The notes beneath the pieces were generated by a model. That model had not been told where the DNA came from and ran no database searches. It saw nothing but the letters and a program-made list of their open reading frames with translations. DNA of 31,539 nt from Armatimonadota bacterium (lineage in GTDB: Bacteria; Sysuimicrobiota; Sysuimicrobiia; Sysuimicrobiales; Humicultoraceae), in assembly GCA_052386995.1 (NCBI GenBank), contig JBQTJP010000288.1:1-31539 (forward strand), read 5' to 3'. Shown here piece by piece: positions 8,939 through 17,397 of the stretch. A program made the position numbers and the translations under genes. The stretch's first letter is position 1. Every line of letters starts with the position of its first letter.

Positions 8939-9643
8939 ATGGACGCCTCGTGGACGACCGTACACGTCCTCGCGCTGCGGCTCGACCCCTCCTGGCGCCG
9001 GCTTCCCGAAGAGTCGCGCCGGCAGGATGCGGCGGCCTTCCTCGACGTAGCGCGCGCGGCCGACGACCGCGTGCGGAGCTATACGTACTCGATGGTCGGC
9101 CTGCGCACGGACGCCGATCTCCTGTTCTGGCGCCTCGGCCCGTCGGTGGAAGTGCTCGAGGAAACCGCGGCGGGGCTGCTGCGGGCCGGGGTAGGGCGCT
9201 CATTGGTGGCGACACACGCGATGACCGGCCTCGTCCGAACCTCGCAATATGTCGCCAAGCACACGCCGCAGGAGCAGGCGATGTTCAGCGGCCAGCGAGC
9301 TGCTTATCTCATCGTCTATCCGTTTGTGAAGACCGCCGACTGGTATCTGCTCGCCCGCGACGAGCGCCAGCGCATGATGAACGAGCACATCAAGATCGGC
9401 CATCAGTACCCGATGGTGCGGCAGTTGCTCGCCTACTCGTTCGGCCTCGACGACCAGGAATTCATCGTCGCCTACGAGACCGACGACCTGCGCGCCTTCC
9501 AGGACCTGGTCCACGCCTTGCGCGCCACCGAGGGACGGCGCTACACGCTGCGCGATACTCCGCTGCTCGTGGGCATCCATCGCCCGCTGGACAATATCCT
9601 GGCCTTGCTCGGAGCGCCGGTGGCGGTCGAAGTGCGCCGGTGA
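8939..9643 (+). CDS. chdC: Coproheme decarboxylase (HemQ; chlorite dismutase superfamily)
   Basis: YPFVK motif (catalytic Tyr and Lys), WY, proximal His in MMNEH and YSFGLDDQEF. Gln rather than Arg at the distal position by hand alignment; located in a hem operon. Confidence 0.85.
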   Translation: MDASWTTVHVLALRLDPSWRRLPEESRRQDAAAFLDVARAADDRVRSYTYSMVGLRTDADLLFWRLGPSVEVLEETAAGLLRAGVGRSLVATHAMTGLVRTSQYVAKHTPQEQAMFSGQRAAYLIVYPFVKTADWYLLARDERQRMMNEHIKIGHQYPMVRQLLAYSFGLDDQEFIVAYETDDLRAFQDLVHALRATEGRRYTLRDTPLLVGIHRPLDNILALLGAPVAVEVRR

Positions 9644-9695
9644 GCGCCGGACGCCCGGCCGCGCCCTCACGGGCGCGGCAACGTGCGGCAGCGGG

Positions 9696-10718
9696 ATGAC
9701 CGATCGGTTTCTCCGCGCCTGCCGCGGCCAGGTCACAGATCGCACGCCCGTCTGGTTCATGCGACAGGCCGGGCGCTCGCAGCCCGAGTACCGGGCGTTG
9801 CGCGAGCGCTATGCACTGCTCGATCTGTGCCGCAGCCCCGAGCTGTGCGCGGAGATCACGCTGCTGCCCGTCTCGCAACTGGGCGTGGACGCGGCCATCC
9901 TGTTCTCGGACATCACGCTTCCGCTGCTCGGCCTGGGAGTGCCGTTCGATATCGTCGAGGGCACAGGACCGGTGGTCCACGCGCCGCTCCGCACCGAGGC
10001 CGATGTGGACCGGCTGCGGGAGTTCCTCCCTGAGCGCGACGTGCCGTTCGTGCTCGACGCGATCCGGCTCATCCGGCGCGTGGCTTCGGTGCCGCTCATT
10101 GGCTTTGCCGGCGCGCCCTTCACCCTGGCCAGTTACCTGATCGAGGGCCGCGGCTCTCGCGACCTGCTCCGCACCCGGCAGATGCTCCACGCATCACCCG
10201 CTCTCTGGGCGCGCCTGATGCAGCGGCTCACCGACGCGACGCTGGTCTACCTGCGAGCGCAGATCGCCGCGGGAGTCCAGGCGGTCCAGGTCTTCGACTC
10301 ATGGGTCGGCGCACTCGCCCCGCGCGACTATGAGGCCGCGGTGCTGCCGTATATGCGCCGGTTGTTCGATGGACTGCGCGGGACCGGCGTGCCCGCGATC
10401 CACTTTGGCACCGGCACCTCGGGGCTGCTCCCGATGCTGGCCCGCGCGGGCGGCGACGTGATCGGCGTCGACTGGCGAATGCGTCTGGGATGGGCCTGGG
10501 CGCAGCTCGACGGCAAGGCGATCCAGGGCAACCTGGATCCGGCGGCGCTGCTCGCGCCGTTCGAAGTCACGGCCGGTGCGGCCCGCGAGGTCCTCGCCGA
10601 TGCTCGCGACCGACCCGGACACATCTTCAACCTCGGTCACGGCGTGCTGCCGCAGACACCCGTCGATCACCTGCGGCGCCTGGTCGACCTTGTTCACGAG
10701 GAGTCGGCGCGGACGTGA
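9696..10718 (+). CDS. hemE: Uroporphyrinogen decarboxylase
   Basis: PVWFMRQAGR, DAAILFSDI, LIGFAGAPFT, VQVFDSW, IQGNLDP and HIFNLGHG. Confidence 0.98.
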   Translation: MTDRFLRACRGQVTDRTPVWFMRQAGRSQPEYRALRERYALLDLCRSPELCAEITLLPVSQLGVDAAILFSDITLPLLGLGVPFDIVEGTGPVVHAPLRTEADVDRLREFLPERDVPFVLDAIRLIRRVASVPLIGFAGAPFTLASYLIEGRGSRDLLRTRQMLHASPALWARLMQRLTDATLVYLRAQIAAGVQAVQVFDSWVGALAPRDYEAAVLPYMRRLFDGLRGTGVPAIHFGTGTSGLLPMLARAGGDVIGVDWRMRLGWAWAQLDGKAIQGNLDPAALLAPFEVTAGAAREVLADARDRPGHIFNLGHGVLPQTPVDHLRRLVDLVHEESART

Positions 10719-12163
10719 GCGCGCATGTCCTCGTCGTCGGCGGAGGCATTACCGGCCTGGCCGCGGCGCACGCGCTGGTGACCGACCCGCGTGCGACGTC
10801 GTTGGGAGTCCGGTGCACGCTGGTCGAACGCGAACGGCGCCTGGGCGGCAAGCTGCTCACAGAGCGCATTGACGGCTGTCTGGTCGAGGCGGGACCGGAC
10901 GCGTTTTTGGCGGCCAAGCCGGCGGCGGCCGATCTCTGCCGTGCGCTCGGCCTCGGGGATCGCCTGATCGGAACGCGCCCAGGCCGCGCGGTCTTCGTCG
11001 CCTATGGCGGTCGCCTTCACCCGCTCCCCGAGGGGCTCGCGTTGGGCGTTCCGGGCCGACTGCTACCGATGATGCGGACCGAATTGCTGTCGGCGCGCGA
11101 GAAGCTGCGGCTGGCATACGACCTCGTGCTTCCGCGGGCCGTGGCGCAGGACGACGTGACGGTGGGAGCGTTCATCAGGCGCCGGTTGGGCCACGCGGCC
11201 GTCGACCGCCTGGCGGGCCCGATCCTTGCCGGGATCTACGCCGGCGACGCCGACGCGCTGAGTGTACGCGCGACGTTTCCGCAGTTGCTCGATTGGGAAG
11301 CCTCCCACCGCAGTTTGATCCTGGGCGCACTCGCGCGCCCCGCGGCCCAGGCGACGCCCGGAGTGAACCGCGACGGCGCCGTGTCGGTGTTCCTCAGCGT
11401 CCAGGGCGGGATGGGCGAACTGGTCGATGCCCTGGAGGCCTTCCTCACCGAAGCCCCGGAGGCGTCGCTCGTCACTGGTCAGGCCATCGCCCGCCTGACC
11501 CGCTGGTTTGAGCGCGACAAAACGACGTACGTCGCCGATCTGGGCGGCGGGCGCGTGATCGCCGCTGATGCCGTCATCCTGGCGAGCCCGGCCTATGTGA
11601 CCGCCGACCTGCTGGCCTCATGTGCGCCCGCGGCGGCATCGACACTGCGCATGATTCCGTATGCGTCGACGGCGGCGGTGACGCTCGCGTTCCGGCGCGA
11701 CGAGGTACAGCATCCGCTCGACGGCCACGGCTTTGTGGTAGCCCGAGGGGAGCCGCTGCAGATCACGGCGTGCACGTGGATGTCGTCGAAGTGGCCAGAC
11801 CGGGCGCCCGCCGACCTCGCGCTGCTGCGGTGCTATCTCGGCGCGGCGGGGCGCGACGCAATCATCGATGAGAGCGACGCGCACATCATCGACGTCGTTC
11901 GACGCGATCTGCGGACCACCATGAGCATCGAGGCGGCGCCGGTGTTCACGCGCCTGACGCGCTGGCGGCGCGCGATGCCGCAGTACGTGTCCGGCCACTT
12001 GCACCGGCTCGGGGCGATTGGGGACGGCCTCCGGGACCTGCCAGGGGTCGCATTGGCGGGCGCCGGCTATCGAGGCGTCGGGATCCCCGACTGCATACGG
12101 CAAGGGACCGAAGCCGCGGGTCGGGTGCTCGATACGCTGGCCGCGACTCACTCCCCCGCCTGA
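10715..12163 (+). CDS. hemY: Coproporphyrinogen/protoporphyrinogen oxidase, HemY type (CgoX)
   Basis: FAD motif VVGGGITGLAAA, LGGK, EAGPDAF, GIYAGD, SSKWP, MPQY and GVGIPDCI. True start is GTG 10715, overlapping the hemE stop, with a GAGGAG RBS. Confidence 0.95.
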   Translation: MSAHVLVVGGGITGLAAAHALVTDPRATSLGVRCTLVERERRLGGKLLTERIDGCLVEAGPDAFLAAKPAAADLCRALGLGDRLIGTRPGRAVFVAYGGRLHPLPEGLALGVPGRLLPMMRTELLSAREKLRLAYDLVLPRAVAQDDVTVGAFIRRRLGHAAVDRLAGPILAGIYAGDADALSVRATFPQLLDWEASHRSLILGALARPAAQATPGVNRDGAVSVFLSVQGGMGELVDALEAFLTEAPEASLVTGQAIARLTRWFERDKTTYVADLGGGRVIAADAVILASPAYVTADLLASCAPAAASTLRMIPYASTAAVTLAFRRDEVQHPLDGHGFVVARGEPLQITACTWMSSKWPDRAPADLALLRCYLGAAGRDAIIDESDAHIIDVVRRDLRTTMSIEAAPVFTRLTRWRRAMPQYVSGHLHRLGAIGDGLRDLPGVALAGAGYRGVGIPDCIRQGTEAAGRVLDTLAATHSPA

Positions 12164-12525
12164 AACGCATCGGGGACGTGCTCGATCGCCACGGGCCGGC
12201 CGTCGGAGTCGAGGTGCACAGCAATCGCGTCGAACCGTGCCGTGCAGTGATCGAGCCCGCACCGGTGGAGGTAGAGCGTGGCCTGTCGGACGAGCCGCCG
12301 CTGCTTTCGCGTCACGATGGCCTCGACAGGATGTCCGAAGCGAGACGTCCTCCGGCTCTTTACCTCCACGAAGGCGACGACGGACCCCTGTCGCGCCACC
12401 AGGTCGATCTCGCCAGAGCGGGTCCGTACGTTCCGCGCTAGCACCGTGTAGCCGCGCACCTCCAGCCACTCGGCGGCAGCGTGTTCGCCAGACGCCCCGA
12501 GCGCGCGACGGGACGGAGCGGTCAT
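12148..12525 (-). CDS. yraN: YraN family (UPF0102) PD-(D/E)xK nuclease
   Basis: LGASGEHAA, GEIDLVAR, FVEVKSR, RFDAIAV and C-terminal DAF. ATG 12525; the 3' end overlaps hemY convergently by 16 bp. Confidence 0.95.
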   Translation of the reverse strand: MTAPSRRALGASGEHAAAEWLEVRGYTVLARNVRTRSGEIDLVARQGSVVAFVEVKSRRTSRFGHPVEAIVTRKQRRLVRQATLYLHRCGLDHCTARFDAIAVHLDSDGRPVAIEHVPDAFQAGE

Positions 12526-12557
12526 TCTATCCTGAATATCGGGAAGGCCGGTGAGTC

Positions 12558-12887
12558 TTACTGGGGCAGTACGGACTGATTCTTGTAATTTCGAACCATC
12601 ATGGCTGCGCATCGCTGCATTCCGAGTGCAGACAGGAAAGGGATGTAGGCGCTCAGGACTCCATCCGTAATCGCAGTGACAAACCCGACGACATCGCTCG
12701 ACCTGTCGTCAATGGCAAGGACGACCGCGTCGCTGCCGGTCAAGACTCTCCAGTGGGTATCCGGCGCCGGTGGGGTCGGCCACCCCACAAAGAAGCCCCG
12801 AAGCCGCTTCGGCTCGATGCCTTCTACAGTGTCAACGTAGCGTATCGTCCGTACGCACCGTGGGGCTCGCCCCGTCTGAGTCTTCAC
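12558..12887 (-). pseudogene. GNAT-family acetyltransferase with an apparent in-frame internal deletion
   Basis: GFFVGWPTPP...VVGFVTAITDGVLSAYIPFL is joined directly to the C-terminal LGMQRCAAMMVRNYKNQS. The acetyl-CoA-binding motif A (V.P.Y.G.GIG) is missing. Confidence 0.65.
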
Positions 12888-12896
12888 GCCCTGCCA

Positions 12897-13238
12897 TCAT
12901 ACGGCGAACATTTGCTCAAGCACCGCCAGAACAGACCCCAGTGGGCCTGGGGCCAGACGTCCAAGCCGCCTCACGAGTCGCCCTGTGTCAACCGTGCGAA
13001 GTCGGTCAACGGCCACAAATCCAGACCGGTTCTGGAACCGGCACCTCACGCGCCACGGGTACGAGTGGCTGCGCGTGGTCATCGGCGCGATAATGACTGT
13101 GCGCAGGTAGTGATTCAACTCATCGGGTGACACAACGACGCAGAGGCGCGTCTTGCGGATCTCGCTGCCGAGGGTCGGATCAAGCTGGACAAGGTGCACC
13201 TCGCCCCGTGAGACGACGGCGCCCCCTACCACTCCCAC
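12897..13238 (-). CDS. PemK/MazF family toxin (type II TA endoribonuclease)
   Basis: RGEVHLVQLDPTLGSEIRKTRLCVVVS...VIIAPMTT...DRLRTVD; overlaps the antitoxin stop. Confidence 0.93.
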   Translation of the reverse strand: MGVVGGAVVSRGEVHLVQLDPTLGSEIRKTRLCVVVSPDELNHYLRTVIIAPMTTRSHSYPWRVRCRFQNRSGFVAVDRLRTVDTGRLVRRLGRLAPGPLGSVLAVLEQMFAV

Positions 13239-13474
13239 TCCTCCTCATCAAACCGGGTGGGTGTCGGGGCCGCCAGCAACTCGTCCTCACCGCGCAGACT
13301 CATGTGGCGTGCGGCTTCGGCCCATCCGGCGCGGGGGTGCTTGACCGCCCGAATCACGATACGCCCCGGCTCCGGCCGGAGCTCAACCTCGTCGGCGAGA
13401 CGCGCTTCCTCAAGGAGAACCTTAGGCAGGCGGATGCCGCGAGAGTTGCCGATTCGGATGATGCGGGTCTTCAT
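13226..13474 (-). CDS. AbrB/MazE family antitoxin
   Basis: MKTRIIRIGNSRGIRLPK, RAGW and acidic C-terminus FDEEEWEW; directly upstream of a MazF-like toxin. Confidence 0.93.
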   Translation of the reverse strand: MKTRIIRIGNSRGIRLPKVLLEEARLADEVELRPEPGRIVIRAVKHPRAGWAEAARHMSLRGEDELLAAPTPTRFDEEEWEW

Positions 13475-13527
13475 GGGACGAACTCCGTGTCATTGCCCTT
13501 TGGATTCGGAGAGCCAGCCGTCGACCC

Positions 13528-13564
13528 GTAATTACATTGTAACTACACGTCTTCGGCCGGACAA
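13528..13564 (-). promoter_or_regulatory. Sigma70-type promoter with overlapping palindromic TA operator
   Basis: TTGTCC(13564-13559)-N17-TACAAT(13541-13536). The palindrome GTAATTACA-T-TGTAACTAC (13528-13546, one mismatch) covers the -10. Confidence 0.8.
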
Positions 13565-13801
13565 GTCCCCACCGTTTTCATCGACACCAGAAACTCGCGT
13601 TGCGGGAGCGAAGCGTGGTGCAATTTACCGCAGGCGGACCGCGATGATCGCAGCCGCGTCAGGCGTGAGCAGCAGCTCCGTCGCCGCGACATCATCCCTG
13701 TGCAGCCAGCCTGTTCTCGCCGGATCGGGTCCGGGCCGCCTAGCGCCCGATGACGACCTTCCTGCAATCTGATCACTGTTTCGCGGAACGATGCGTATGG
13801 G

Positions 13802-14599
13802 CTAGCCGAGCGGGAGGGCGACCTGGCGTACGTCAGGCGGCAGGTAGCGCAGACGGTGGATCGGCGACGGTCCCCAGCGCCGCAACGCACTCATGTGTTC
13901 GTGAGTTCGGTAGCCCTTGTGCCTCGCAAATCCGTACTCCGGGTGTTGCCGGTCCATCTCCACCATCCAACGGTCACGCGTGACCTTTGCGATGATCGAC
14001 GCCGCCGCGATGCACGCGCACCTGGCGTCGCCTTTCACCATTGTCCGTTGCGGCAGCGGCACCGGGGCGGCAATATTGCCGTCGAGCAGCACGAGCGCGG
14101 GAGGCGCCGCCAGCGACGCGAGGGCCCGGGTCCACGCGAGCCGGGTCGCGCCCATGATGTTGAGCCGGTCGATCTCCTCGACTGCTGCGATGCCGATTCC
14201 AACCGCGGCCGCGGACGCCATGATCGCCTCATAGAGTGTTTCCCTGTGCTGCGGGGGGAGCTGCTTGGAGTCGCGCAGACGCGTAATGAACCGCTCGCTC
14301 GGAAAGATCACGGCAGCGGCGACCACCGGACCCGCGATGGGGCCGCGCCCGACCTCGTCGACGCCGGCAACGGAACTGACGCCGGCAGCCCAGGCGTCCC
14401 GCTCGGCGGTGAACAATCTGATGAGCCTGCGGCGCTCGGCCCGCTCTCGCTGGCGCAAACGCTTCCAGCGTGCCAGCAGGAGCTTCGCCCCCATGCGAGG
14501 ATCGCGTCTGACGACAGCGGGGTTGAAGGTCCCCGCGGCCAACTGCGCCGCCAGGGCGGCGATCGTGTGGCGCGCCGAACCTCGCGGTGGCCAGCTCAT
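13802..14599 (-). CDS. rnhB: Ribonuclease HII
   Basis: AGVDEVGRGPIAGPVVAAAV, DSK, LLDG, KGD, AASIIAKVTRD and HKGY. ATG 14599 overlaps the lepB stop. Confidence 0.97.
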   Translation of the reverse strand: MSWPPRGSARHTIAALAAQLAAGTFNPAVVRRDPRMGAKLLLARWKRLRQRERAERRRLIRLFTAERDAWAAGVSSVAGVDEVGRGPIAGPVVAAAVIFPSERFITRLRDSKQLPPQHRETLYEAIMASAAAVGIGIAAVEEIDRLNIMGATRLAWTRALASLAAPPALVLLDGNIAAPVPLPQRTMVKGDARCACIAAASIIAKVTRDRWMVEMDRQHPEYGFARHKGYRTHEHMSALRRWGPSPIHRLRYLPPDVRQVALPLG

Positions 14600-15249
14600 C
14601 GCACCAGCGCGACCCGATCCAGGGGCCAGTACACGAGCAGGGCGCGCCCGATCACGTTCTTGATCGGCACAAACCCAAAAAAGCGGCTGTCCTCGCTGTT
14701 GCACCGATGGTCGCCCAGCACGAACACATGCCCCGCCGGCACCACCTCGGGCCCGTAGTTGCTCGAACAGGCGCGATCCCCTCCCGGGAGCGCGGTGGGG
14801 TAGATCTCGGAGAGCGGACGGCCGTTGACAGAGACAAGGCCTTCCTTCAATTCAATACGCTCGCCCGGCAGACCGACGACGCGCTTGACGAAGTCTTTGT
14901 TGGGATTGAGCGGATAGCGGAAGACGATGATGTCCCCGCGTCGGATTTCCCAGATGCGATAGGTAAACTTGCCGACAAGGATGCGATCGCCGATGCGCAG
15001 CGTCGGCTCCATCGATCCCGAGGGGATGAAGAACGCCTGCACGACGAAGACGATGATGACCAGGCTGAGCAGGGCGGCGAAGATCGTCGCGTCGAGCGTC
15101 TCGACGATCGAGAGCCGGAGCGCCGGCGGCAGACGATAGCTCGACCGGACGATCAGACGGATGATGAACAGCACCAGCGCCAGGGCCAGGATGAGCGTGG
15201 GGACGCCAAACGGCAGGCGTTCGGCCAGCGCGAGAATGTCGCGGCTCAT
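14596..15249 (-). CDS. lepB: Signal peptidase I
   Basis: Two N-terminal hydrophobic segments, IPSGSMEPTL (Ser), DFVKRVVG (Lys) and GDHRCNSEDSR. Confidence 0.96.
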   Translation of the reverse strand: MSRDILALAERLPFGVPTLILALALVLFIIRLIVRSSYRLPPALRLSIVETLDATIFAALLSLVIIVFVVQAFFIPSGSMEPTLRIGDRILVGKFTYRIWEIRRGDIIVFRYPLNPNKDFVKRVVGLPGERIELKEGLVSVNGRPLSEIYPTALPGGDRACSSNYGPEVVPAGHVFVLGDHRCNSEDSRFFGFVPIKNVIGRALLVYWPLDRVALVR

Positions 15250-15261
15250 CAGAACCGGGCG

Positions 15262-15603
15262 CTAGCGCTCTTCCTTGATGCGCGTCTCCTTGCCAAGTCT
15301 CCCACGGAGGTAGTGCAGCTTTGCCCTGCGGACCCTGCCCTTGCGGATGACATCGATCTTCTCGACGCGCGGTGAATGCACGGGAAAGATCCGCTCCACA
15401 CCGACCCCGTGGCTGACACGCCGGACCGTGAACGAGGCGCCCATGCCGCCACCGCGCTGCGCAATCACCGTGCCTTCAAAGACCTGCAGCCGATCGCGCC
15501 CGCCTTCCGAGACCTTCACGTGCACCCGAACGGTGTCGCCTGGTGAAAAGCTTGAAAGCTTCTTCTTAAGGTGCTCCGCGTCGACCACCCTGATCTTTTC
15601 CAT
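15262..15603 (-). CDS. rplS: 50S ribosomal protein L19
   Basis: [31 protein letters not shown] and [10 protein letters not shown]. Start ATG 15603 with a GGGGAG RBS. Confidence 0.98.
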   Translation of the reverse strand: MEKIRVVDAEHLKKKLSSFSPGDTVRVHVKVSEGGRDRLQVFEGTVIAQRGGGMGASFTVRRVSHGVGVERIFPVHSPRVEKIDVIRKGRVRRAKLHYLRGRLGKETRIKEER

Positions 15604-15656
15604 CGTCGCTCCCCCCGGGCGCCGACCCAACCGGGGCGCCGCAATTCCGGCTCTGA

Positions 15657-15685
15657 ATTGTAGCACCCCTACTCGCTCTCGTCAC
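15657..15685 (-). promoter_or_regulatory. Internal promoter for rplS (extended -10)
   Basis: GTGACG(15685-15680)-N17-TACAAT(15662-15657) with the extended -10 TGcTACAAT. Confidence 0.55.
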
Positions 15686-16403
15686 GCAACAGCCTACGGT
15701 CCTCTTCGCTGAGCGCCTCCCAGGCGAGGAGATCGGGGCGTCGCGCCAGCGTCCGCCGCAACTGTTCGCGGCGCCGCCACCGGCGGATCTGCTCGTGGTG
15801 TCCGGTGAGCAGCACCTCCGGCACGCGCAGGCCGCGGACCTCAGCCGGCCGTGTATAGTGCGGGTAGTCGAGCAGGTCGCCGGTGAACGACTCGGCCGCG
15901 ACCGACTGCGCATCACCTACCACACCCGGTACGAGCCGCAGTGTCGCGTCGACGATCACCATCGCCGCAAGTTCGCCGCCCGTGAGCACGTAGTCACCGA
16001 TCGAGAGCTCCTCGGCCCCAAGACCCGTCGCGACCCGCTCGTCGACTCCTTCGTACCGGCCACACAGAATGATGAGATGCTTCCCCCGCGCCAGGCGCTC
16101 GGCATCGGGCTGCGCGAAGCGCCGGCCCTGCGGAGATGTCAGCACGATGTGCGGCTTCGTCCCGTCAGGCGGCGTGAGGGCCTCGACCGCGGCAAAGAAC
16201 GGTTCTGGTTTCATGACCATCCCCGGGCCACCGCCGTACGAGACGTCATCGACCTGGCGGTGGCGATCGCTGGTGAAGTCACGCAGATCCCGAATGCCGA
16301 TCTCAATCAAGCCGCGCTCCCGCGCCCGGCCGATAATCGAGACCGCCAACAGCGGCTCGAGCGCTTCGGGGAAGATCGAGACGATGTCAACACGCACGCC
16401 CAT
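15669..16403 (-). CDS. trmD: tRNA (guanine37-N1)-methyltransferase
   Basis: [35 protein letters not shown] and DYPHYTRP. Confidence 0.98.
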   Translation of the reverse strand: MGVRVDIVSIFPEALEPLLAVSIIGRARERGLIEIGIRDLRDFTSDRHRQVDDVSYGGGPGMVMKPEPFFAAVEALTPPDGTKPHIVLTSPQGRRFAQPDAERLARGKHLIILCGRYEGVDERVATGLGAEELSIGDYVLTGGELAAMVIVDATLRLVPGVVGDAQSVAAESFTGDLLDYPHYTRPAEVRGLRVPEVLLTGHHEQIRRWRRREQLRRTLARRPDLLAWEALSEEDRRLLRDESE

Positions 16404-16423
16404 TCACCGATTCGCGACACGCG

Positions 16424-16828
16424 CTACGCTTCGCGGATCTCAATAACGATGCCGTCCTTGATCACGACCTCTGCCCTGGCCAGCCGTGCGAAGAAATTGT
16501 CGCCGATGTTGAGCTCCGCCGTGCTCTCGATTGTGCCCTGCGAGAACTCCGAGTTGAGCTCGAGCGCCTCGGCCTCTTTGATCCGCGCGGCCAGCTCCAT
16601 GCGCGCGGCCTCCTGCCGCGACCGCTCGACCTCGAGCTGCTGACGGATCGCCCGCGCCTGCGGCGTAATCTGCCGCTCGAGCTCGGTCCGGCGGATCTGC
16701 GTATCGATCTGCCCGATCACGGTATCGAGCCGGCGCACGGTGTCCTCGAGCTCGCTCAGGTACTGCCTCTTGAACGTTTCGGTCACAATGGCCTTGACGA
16801 CCACCGGCCGCACGACCGTGATGCCCAT
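16424..16828 (-). CDS. ylqD: YlqD family protein
   Basis: RPVVVKAIVTE, a coiled-coil middle, QGTIES...IGD and EVVIKDGIVIEIR; canonical position after khpA; GGAGG RBS. Confidence 0.88.
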   Translation of the reverse strand: MGITVVRPVVVKAIVTETFKRQYLSELEDTVRRLDTVIGQIDTQIRRTELERQITPQARAIRQQLEVERSRQEAARMELAARIKEAEALELNSEFSQGTIESTAELNIGDNFFARLARAEVVIKDGIVIEIREA

Positions 16829-16847
16829 TCTGCCCTCCGTCGAAACG

Positions 16848-17090
16848 TTACTGAACGAGCTCTACGATGACCCGCCGCCCGCCCGGGACGGCCGCCGCCT
16901 TCGCCAGCGTCCGAATCGCGCCGATGACTCGGCCCCGCCGCCCAATCACCTTGCCGAGGTCGGCCGCCGAGACGCGCACCTCGATGAACACCACCCGGTC
17001 GCGCTCGGTGACACGCACGCTGACCGCGTTGGGATCATCAACGATCCCCCGGGTCAGATACTCTACCAAGCCGCGTAGGTCGGCAGGCAT
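16848..17090 (-). CDS. khpA: KH-domain RNA-binding protein KhpA (YlqC)
   Basis: LVEYLTRGIVDDP and DLGKVIGRRGR (GxxG KH motif); follows rpsP. Confidence 0.93.
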   Translation of the reverse strand: MPADLRGLVEYLTRGIVDDPNAVSVRVTERDRVVFIEVRVSAADLGKVIGRRGRVIGAIRTLAKAAAVPGGRRVIVELVQ

Positions 17091-17099
17091 GGCGCGGGA

Positions 17100-17372
17100 C
17101 TACGTCGCCCCGGAGCGGCCGGCCTCCCAGCGGCGCAGGATGCCGGTCTTTTGGAGCAGCACCCTTGCCGCGTCCGAGGGCCGGGCGCCGCGATCGAGCC
17201 ACGTGCGGGCTTTGGCCTCGTCGATATGGATGACCGAGGGCTCGGATCGCGGGTTATAGTACCCCAGGGCTTCCAGGTACTTACCTCCGCGCGGTGTCCG
17301 AGAGTCAGCCACCACGACTCGATACGATGGCTGATGTCTCGCGCCTACGCGCATCAGTCGAATCTTGACCAC
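17100..17372 (-). CDS. rpsP: 30S ribosomal protein S16
   Basis: VKIRLMRVG, PSYRVVVADSR, LGYYNP and WLDRGARPSD. GTG start with a GGAGGTG RBS. Confidence 0.98.
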   Translation of the reverse strand: MVKIRLMRVGARHQPSYRVVVADSRTPRGGKYLEALGYYNPRSEPSVIHIDEAKARTWLDRGARPSDAARVLLQKTGILRRWEAGRSGAT

Positions 17373-17397
17373 GTCACGTCACCTCCGATTCAAAACA

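Noticed and set aside
10490..10714. Extended N-termini in the ORF track (hemY here; also ffh, rnhB, rplS, ftsY, GT4, DUF402, yraN)
   Set aside because: They overlap upstream genes, RNA genes or leader regions; downstream starts with an RBS or stop-start coupling match the family N-termini better.
13565..13801. Small ORF between rnhB and the TA promoter
   Set aside because: The open frames have no convincing start codon with RBS and no recognisable motif; at most a gene remnant.
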